From: an uncultured Lachnospiraceae bacterium
Lineage (GTDB): Bacteria; Bacillota; Clostridia; Lachnospirales; Lachnospiraceae
Length of the DNA: 51,576 bases
Direction of reading: 5' to 3'
Assembly: GCA_946617225.1 (NCBI GenBank)
Contig: CAMOJW010000001.1
Coordinates: 1-51,576, forward strand
The translations under genes were made by a program, and so were the position numbers. The notes below the pieces were generated by a model. The model made no database searches. It had not been told where the DNA came from and saw nothing but the letters and a program-made list of their open reading frames with translations. Positions 45,734 to 51,576 of the stretch are shown in pieces. The first letter of the stretch is position 1. The number at the start of each line of letters is the position of its first letter.

Positions 45734-46037
45734 ATTCGTGTGCGTCGACCCTAACGATATCCCCGATGTTGCGGTCGTCGATCCCGATATGATGTCCTCC
45801 ATGCCCAAGGGCCTCACCGCATCCACCGGTATGGACGCCCCCGCCTACCGCAAGGCGGCCATCGACGCCGTTCAGCAGCTCTCCGTGGACGTGGGCATCC
45901 CCACCAAGCTGGAGAAACTGAAAGAAGAGGATCTTCCTTTCCTCTGCGAATCCGCCGCTGCCGACGCCTGCGCCCCCGGCAACCCGAGACCTGCCACTCT
46001 GGAACAGTTCGAGGCCATGTTCAGGAAGCTGATGTGA
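45684..46037 (+). pseudogene. fucO: Remnant of an iron-containing alcohol dehydrogenase (lactaldehyde reductase FucO-like), 5'-truncated and internally deleted
   Basis: AESTINYVITD...KFVCVD...VDPDMMSSMPKGLTASTGMDA is joined directly to the C-terminal YRKAAIDAV...VGIP...ADACAPGNP. It has no start and lacks the LTHAIE and His metal-ligand segment. Confidence 0.85.
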
Positions 46038-46069
46038 GCAGCTGCAGCTATAGAAACGTCCTCTCTGAA

Positions 46070-46108
46070 AAAGGGAGCCGCATTTGAAAAAATGCGGCAC
46101 CCTTTATT
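46070..46108 (+). terminator. Probable Rho-independent terminator
   Basis: AAAGGG-a-GCCGCATTT/AAATGCGGC-a-CCCTTT hairpin with a short T-rich tail. Confidence 0.6.
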
Positions 46109-46130
46109 CCTACACCACTTGCGCGGACTG

Positions 46131-46139
46131 TGCTATACT
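46131..46139 (+). promoter_or_regulatory. Extended -10 promoter element for the peptidase gene
   Basis: TGcTATACT about 70 nt upstream of ATG 46207; weak -35. Confidence 0.5.
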
Positions 46140-46206
46140 AAAGCATGAGGCTTTTGTTTACAGGCTGAGAGAGACAGTGCGAACTGTTTTCAGGGAGGAT
46201 CTGAAG

Positions 46207-48765
46207 ATGGCAGACAACAGCAGACCCCGCGGCAGAGAGAAGAACGTGACAGGCCAGGGCGCCGGCGTTCACCGGCGCGGAGAGGGACTGGGGACAGGTC
46301 CGGTCGGAAGCGGCAGCGGAGGCGGTGCGTCCTCGGGGCGCGGCCAGGGCGGAGGCCAGAGAAGCGGCGGCACCAGAGGAGGCCTGCCTCTGATCGTGCT
46401 CCTTCTGGTGGCTCTTCTGGGCGGCGGCGGAGGACTTTCGAGCCTTCTGGGCGGCGGCGGAACGGGCAGCGGTTCGGGGAGCGGCTATTCCCAGGGGAGC
46501 AGCCAGCCCGCCTCACAGACGACCCAGAACTGGGGCGTTCAGGAGGGATATGCCCCGAGCAGCGGCGACAGCAACTTCAACTACTATCAGAGCCTGTTCG
46601 GCGGCAACGGCAGTCTGTCCACGGGCTGGACGGACGGGACCAGCACCCAGACCGGAGCGCAGACCGCTCTGGACACCTCCGTGGCTACCGGCTCCCGTGA
46701 GAAATACACGCAGATCAAAGGAAACGGACAGGATCAGGTGACGCTCATGGTCTACATGTGCGGCACGGACCTGGAATCCCGCAGCGGCATGGCCACCTCG
46801 GACATGCAGGAGATGGCGACGGCCGATTTCGGCGACAACATCAATATCCTGATCTATACCGGCGGCTGCGCGGGATGGAAGATCAGAGGGATCAGCACCA
46901 GCGTGAACCAGATCTACCAGCTCCAGAACGGGAACCTGCATCTTCTGGTCAAGGACACCGGGGCCAAAAACAAGGCCATGACGGACCCCTCGAACCTGTC
47001 CTATTTCATCCAGTACTGTGCCAAGAACTATCCGGCTGACCGCTATGAACTGATCCTCTGGGATCACGGCGGCGGCAGTGTCAGCGGCTATGGCTATGAC
47101 GAGAAGTACAAGAGCAGCGGGGCTATGTCCCTGTCGGGCATCAACACGGCCCTTAAGAACGGCGGCGTGAAGTTCGATTTCATCGGTTTTGACGCGTGTC
47201 TCATGGCGACCATGGAGAACGCGCTGATGCTGGACAAGTACGCCGATTATCTCATCGCCTCCGAGGAGACTGAACCCGGCGTCGGCTGGTATTATACGGA
47301 CTGGCTCACCGCCCTGGGCAAGAATACGTCCATGCCCACCGTGGAGATCGGCCAGAAGATCGTGGACGGTTTTGTCAGTACCTGCGCGAGAAAATGCCAG
47401 GGCCAGAAGACGACCCTCTCTGTGGTGGACCTGGCGGAACTGGCCTGTACGGCCAAACCGCACTTCAAGGCTTTCTCCACCTCCGTGTCACAGCTGATCA
47501 CGGACAAGCAGTACAAACAGGTCGCCAATGCCAGAAACCAGACCAGAGAATTCGCCGCTACCACGCGCATCGACCAGGTCGACCTGGTGCATCTGGCGGA
47601 GAACATGGGCACGGATGAGGGCAAAGCGCTGGCACAGGCCATCCGCGGAGCGGTCAAATACAACCGCACCTCCTCCAACATGACCAATGCCTACGGTCTG
47701 TCCATCTACTTCCCGCTGCGCAACCGGGCGTACGTGGACAAGGCCAGCCAGACCTACAGCGATATCGGCATCGACGATTCCTATTCCAAGTGCATCCGTC
47801 AGTTCGCCAGCCTGCAGGTGTCCGGCCAGGCCGTGACGGGCGGCGACAGTGTTGCCAGCCCCTACAGTTCCCTGTTCGGGAATTATGCCGATTACATGAC
47901 CGGCTACGGTTCCTCCGGCGCAGGCAACAGTTCCTACGGCAGCGGCTCCGGGGGCAGCGGCGCGGGCAGTGCCTACGGCAGCTACAGTTCCGGCGACGAG
48001 CTCATCGCTCAGCTCCTTGGGAGCTTCCTGGGCGGCGACTACAGTTCGCTGGGCGGCCTGAGCGGCGGCAGCAGCTTCCTCTCCGACAGGGCTCTCAGCG
48101 ACGAGGACATGGTGTCCTACCTGGCGGACAACTATTTTGACGGCAGCCAGCTGTACTGGACCGAAGAGAACGGCCAGTACAAGATCAAGATCACGCCCGA
48201 ACAGTGGTCGCTGGTCCACGGACTGGACATGAACCTGTTCTACGACGACGGCGAGGGATATGTGGATCTGGGCCTGGACAATGTCTATGATTTTGACGAG
48301 GAGGGGAACCTCATCGCAGATACCGGGGAGACCTGGGTCTCCATCAACGGACAGCCGGTGGCCTACTATCACCTGGACACGGTGGACGACGGCGAGTACT
48401 ACGTCATCACCGGACGTGTTCCGGCGCTCCTGAACGGCGAGTACGTGAACCTGATCCTGCAGTTCTCCAGCGACGATCCCAAGGGGTCCATCGTCGGTGC
48501 GGTCTACGACTACAAGGAAGGCGAGACCGAGACGGTGGCCAAGAGCCTGACAGAGCTGGTGCCCGGGGACAAGCTGGACTTCCTGTGCGATTTCTACAGC
48601 TATGACGGGCAGTATCAGGATTCCTACATGCTGGGCGAACAGCAGACAGTCACCGACAACATGGTCATCAGCGACACCATCCTCGGCGAGGGCAAGTCCC
48701 GCGTCACTTACAAGTTCACTGACATCTACGAGCAGAGCTACTGGAGCGAGGCGCTCGAGTTCTAA
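46207..48765 (+). CDS. Membrane-anchored clostripain-related cysteine peptidase (C11)
   Basis: Start ATG 46207 (GGAGG RBS); Gly-rich N-terminus with a TM helix; MVYMCGTDLES, LWDHGGG (His), GFDACLMA (Cys) and ASEETEPG. Confidence 0.9.
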   Translation: MADNSRPRGREKNVTGQGAGVHRRGEGLGTGPVGSGSGGGASSGRGQGGGQRSGGTRGGLPLIVLLLVALLGGGGGLSSLLGGGGTGSGSGSGYSQGSSQPASQTTQNWGVQEGYAPSSGDSNFNYYQSLFGGNGSLSTGWTDGTSTQTGAQTALDTSVATGSREKYTQIKGNGQDQVTLMVYMCGTDLESRSGMATSDMQEMATADFGDNINILIYTGGCAGWKIRGISTSVNQIYQLQNGNLHLLVKDTGAKNKAMTDPSNLSYFIQYCAKNYPADRYELILWDHGGGSVSGYGYDEKYKSSGAMSLSGINTALKNGGVKFDFIGFDACLMATMENALMLDKYADYLIASEETEPGVGWYYTDWLTALGKNTSMPTVEIGQKIVDGFVSTCARKCQGQKTTLSVVDLAELACTAKPHFKAFSTSVSQLITDKQYKQVANARNQTREFAATTRIDQVDLVHLAENMGTDEGKALAQAIRGAVKYNRTSSNMTNAYGLSIYFPLRNRAYVDKASQTYSDIGIDDSYSKCIRQFASLQVSGQAVTGGDSVASPYSSLFGNYADYMTGYGSSGAGNSSYGSGSGGSGAGSAYGSYSSGDELIAQLLGSFLGGDYSSLGGLSGGSSFLSDRALSDEDMVSYLADNYFDGSQLYWTEENGQYKIKITPEQWSLVHGLDMNLFYDDGEGYVDLGLDNVYDFDEEGNLIADTGETWVSINGQPVAYYHLDTVDDGEYYVITGRVPALLNGEYVNLILQFSSDDPKGSIVGAVYDYKEGETETVAKSLTELVPGDKLDFLCDFYSYDGQYQDSYMLGEQQTVTDNMVISDTILGEGKSRVTYKFTDIYEQSYWSEALEF

Positions 48766-49952
48766 GCGGAACCGGATCTCAGCCCGTACAATTTCACAGC
48801 CGTATAGAGAACGACCGCATCCCGGAACGTGCGCGGATCATAGCCGCACCGTCTGTGGATGCGGTTCAGTTTGTACTGGAGGGTGTTTTTGTGCATGAAT
48901 AGCGCCTGTGCAGCTGCCTGCAGGGACATCCCGCAGTCATAGTAGACAGCGAGGATCCGCAGGTCCTCCTCATCCAGTGCGGAGAGAGCTTTCTGCAGAT
49001 AGAGGTCCCTGTCTGAAGCCGGCACGGAGGCCAGCAGGACCTCCAGATCCAGATCATCGTAACAGACGACGCTGCTGTCTATACCGTCGGGAGAGACCGC
49101 ACCGCCGGAGGAGATGGCTGCAATGCGCGCCGTCTGCCGGGAGTGGCTCTGCTGCTGGAGTTTCTCCGCGGCGCCGATCCCGATCCTGAGATACCTCCGG
49201 TGACGTTCAGCGAATGCTGTCAGGAGGGAGACCGAACCGTCGATCACGTGCGCCGGGGCTGTCAGGACATATTCCTCCGGGAAGCGGTTGAGGTACAGGC
49301 ACTTACCGATACGCTCGAAGACCTGCAGCAGATCCTGCTCCAAAGCGGAGAGGCCGGAGAAACCGACAGCCCCGGACCCCGGACCCTGCGATGCCTGACC
49401 GGCCATGTCCGGTTCAGCGGCCGCGTCAGGCGCGGTCAGGACCGGCAGGAAAACGACCGTTCTCCAGTCCCCTCTGGCGGAGGGGATGCCCCTGGAGGCG
49501 AGGACCTCCTGCAGGACGGCGGGGTGGACCGTCTCCTCCCGCAGGATGGTCCGCAGTACGTACTGGACCTGGGCCTTGCCGGTGAGTTCGTGCAGATTCA
49601 GCTCCTGTTCCCGCAGGAGCAGGATCGTGATGCGCTGCGCCATCTCCGCGTAGCGCTGCACCTCCTCCGGGTCACCGGTGATGCCGATCACGGCCACGAT
49701 CTCCCCGTTGTACAGGATGGGCATGTTGATGCCCCGGCGGTCGCCGGATTCCTGATCGTCCTTCTCGATGATGACAGTTCTGCCCTGCCGGACGGCCTCG
49801 AAACCGCCCCGGTGGTAGTCATCCACCCGGGAGGGATCCGTGCTCGCGCAGATGCGGCCGCGCAGATCGATGTAATTGATATCATGCGCACAGACAGATT
49901 TCAGGGTATCCACGATCTGTCTTGCCAGCTGCAGATGAATGGGTGCAGGCAT
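48762..49952 (-). CDS. CdaR family sugar-diacid-recognition transcriptional regulator (PucR-type C-terminal HTH)
   Basis: LARQIV...DIN.ID..G.I.ASTD..R, GINMPI, IGITG.P and LFMHKNTLQYKLNRI; start ATG 49952 with AAAGGA RBS. Confidence 0.9.
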   Translation of the reverse strand: MPAPIHLQLARQIVDTLKSVCAHDINYIDLRGRICASTDPSRVDDYHRGGFEAVRQGRTVIIEKDDQESGDRRGINMPILYNGEIVAVIGITGDPEEVQRYAEMAQRITILLLREQELNLHELTGKAQVQYVLRTILREETVHPAVLQEVLASRGIPSARGDWRTVVFLPVLTAPDAAAEPDMAGQASQGPGSGAVGFSGLSALEQDLLQVFERIGKCLYLNRFPEEYVLTAPAHVIDGSVSLLTAFAERHRRYLRIGIGAAEKLQQQSHSRQTARIAAISSGGAVSPDGIDSSVVCYDDLDLEVLLASVPASDRDLYLQKALSALDEEDLRILAVYYDCGMSLQAAAQALFMHKNTLQYKLNRIHRRCGYDPRTFRDAVVLYTAVKLYGLRSGSA

Positions 49953-50023
49953 GGAAGATTCCTTTCTGTGAAGCAGCGGAGCATGGGAGACCACCCTCGG
50001 GGAATTCTGCGCCGGTGATGATC

Positions 50024-50527
50024 CTAAGCATGCTCTCTCTCCAGCCGCAGCAGCCACTCCTTCCTGTCTGCACCGCCGGCGTAGCCGGTCAGCTTCCCGC
50101 CGGCCCCCAGGACGCGGTGGCAGGGGACGATCAGGGAGATGGGGTTGTGCGCCACGGCGTTACCCACCGCCCGGGCGGAAGTCCGGGCACCGCCGCGCTG
50201 CGCCGAAAGGTCCCGCGCCAGTTCCCCATAGGTCACGGTCTTCCCGTAGGGGATCTTCAGAAGGAGTTCCCAGACCGCCCGGCTGAATTCAGAAGCCTCC
50301 GGGGGAAAAGCGACAGCGGGCATAAAGTCCGGCACCTCTCCTCGGAAATAGAGCGTCAGCCAGCGATCCGCGTCTTTGAAGACAGGGAGGAGCTCTTCTG
50401 TTGGCCGTTCACCCAGTGTGGTCCCAAAATATTTCTGTCCGTCGAACCAGAGGCCGGTGATGGCCTCTCCGTCGCCGGCCAGCGTAATGCCTCCCAGGGG
50501 AGAGTGGAAATGGTGTGAGCAGCTCAT
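50024..50527 (-). CDS. ogt: Methylated-DNA--protein-cysteine methyltransferase
   Basis: SPLG, IPYG.T.TYG, ARAVGNAV, PCHRV active site and LTGYAGG. Confidence 0.93.
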   Translation of the reverse strand: MSCSHHFHSPLGGITLAGDGEAITGLWFDGQKYFGTTLGERPTEELLPVFKDADRWLTLYFRGEVPDFMPAVAFPPEASEFSRAVWELLLKIPYGKTVTYGELARDLSAQRGGARTSARAVGNAVAHNPISLIVPCHRVLGAGGKLTGYAGGADRKEWLLRLEREHA

Positions 50528-51519
50528 TGTCTGTCCTCCTTTTTCTCTATATCGTCTAAGGAAGCGTCAAAAGAAGCTTCCGCCAGGGGAACCCCCGACA
50601 GATACTGCTGTAATTCCTGAAGGGTGTCTTCATAATCGGCGTGATAGAGCTCCGGGACGCCGCGCAGGATGCGGCCTGTACCGAAATGCCTGTGGGCCAG
50701 GATCTCGCTGCGCAGGGCGGCAGCCCGCTCCGCCGCTCTGCGGCGTCGTTCTTCCCGTGCTTCCTGCACATCCTTCCGGAATTCCTGCCGGGCTTCCTGC
50801 ACATCCTTTTGGAGCTCCAGACGGGCATCCCGCAGTTCCGCTCTTGCCAGAGCCGCCTGCACGCGGCTCTCATCCAGGCGCTGCTTGTCCCGGAGGCTCC
50901 GCTCGCCCAGGACCTGGCTCATGGAATCGCTGACTGTCCGCATGGAGAGGCGGAGTTCCTCCAGCTCCTTCAGCTTCTTATTGAGGCCCATGACCGAGAG
51001 GACGGTGACGATGGTGTCCGCCAGCCAGCCCGCATAGCAGAAGGCCAGGATCCACCATCCGATCCGGGGCGGGATCAGGCGGGCGGAGAGGTCGGAGACG
51101 ATGGGATGGATGACCCGCATCATCAGCACGGTGCCGAGGCCCCAGATCAGGCTGAAGCGCAGGCAGATGAAGCCGCCCAGGTTGAAGGGCTCCGTGCGGT
51201 AATCCCACCAGCGCGCGTGGAAGAGCTTGAGCAGGAGCCAGCCGGCCAGGAGTTCAATGCTCGAGGCCAGCAGCATGCCGCCCAGAAAGAGGACGAGGAC
51301 GCCGGCATGGCCCATGGCTTCAATGTCTGCCAGCGCGGACATGGTGCAGATCGCCAGCATGCCGAACCCGTATACCGGGCAGACGGGACCGCAGAGGAAG
51401 CCGCGGTTGAGGATCCTGCCTTTGACCACGGCGTGGTAGATGACCTCCACGCACCAGCCTATAAAGGAATAAATGAGAAAATACCAGAAAATTTCGTAGG
51501 GTGTGAGCAGGGATGTCAT
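50524..51519 (-). CDS. Putative ABC transporter permease (CmpB-like membrane protein) with a C-terminal coiled coil
   Basis: YSFIGWCVE, NRGFLCGPVCPVYGFG and WWDY...FNLGGFICL..S..WG; charged heptad-like tail. Confidence 0.82.
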   Translation of the reverse strand: MTSLLTPYEIFWYFLIYSFIGWCVEVIYHAVVKGRILNRGFLCGPVCPVYGFGMLAICTMSALADIEAMGHAGVLVLFLGGMLLASSIELLAGWLLLKLFHARWWDYRTEPFNLGGFICLRFSLIWGLGTVLMMRVIHPIVSDLSARLIPPRIGWWILAFCYAGWLADTIVTVLSVMGLNKKLKELEELRLSMRTVSDSMSQVLGERSLRDKQRLDESRVQAALARAELRDARLELQKDVQEARQEFRKDVQEAREERRRRAAERAAALRSEILAHRHFGTGRILRGVPELYHADYEDTLQELQQYLSGVPLAEASFDASLDDIEKKEDRQ

Positions 51520-51576
51520 AGTTTCTCCAGTGATTTGTAGCCGCCTTCGATGAAGGTCATCAGGACCCGCTGGGTG
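51516..51576 (-). CDS. 3' end of an unidentified gene running off the window
   Basis: Open frame ...TQRVLMTFIEGGYKSLEKL* whose TGA overlaps the next ATG (ATGA). Confidence 0.5.
   Translation of the reverse strand, partial: TQRVLMTFIEGGYKSLEKL

Overview
This is a high-GC Firmicute (Clostridia/Lachnospiraceae-like, by gene content) chromosomal window dominated by cell-envelope genes. The left part holds a 5'-truncated Pce/CbpE-like metallo-beta-lactamase-fold protein with cell-wall-binding repeats, a minus-strand amidase-VTC-DUF4956-CotH cluster, and aroK. Positions 9.1-28.1 kb form one long plus-strand surface-polymer operon: CapD/PglF dehydratase, DegT aminotransferase, phosphoglycosyl transferase, an aminotransferase/GNAT/ATP-grasp/FemABX cassette, two LicD proteins, a Stealth protein, a pyruvyl transferase-ferredoxin fusion, an FrhB-like protein, a flippase, an O-antigen-ligase-like protein, YfhO and a 45-aa membrane protein. 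It resembles pneumococcal AATGal teichoic acid synthesis but lacks classical glycosyltransferases. A GtrB/GT-C pair, a candidate sRNA, an esterase, a second MBL-fold wall protein, an SDR, an SNF transporter, an orphan rfbB, a MATE transporter, a transglutaminase-like protein, a solute-binding lipoprotein, a Nudix hydrolase, a fucO remnant, a clostripain-like peptidase, a CdaR regulator, ogt and a CmpB-like permease follow. Two intergenic regions (36.1-36.6 kb and 40.6-41.3 kb) each pair a multi-hairpin MITE/ncRNA-like element with an array of fixed-spacer inverted repeats whose periods are about 52 and 63 bp. All family calls come from motif recognition by eye; no database search was run.
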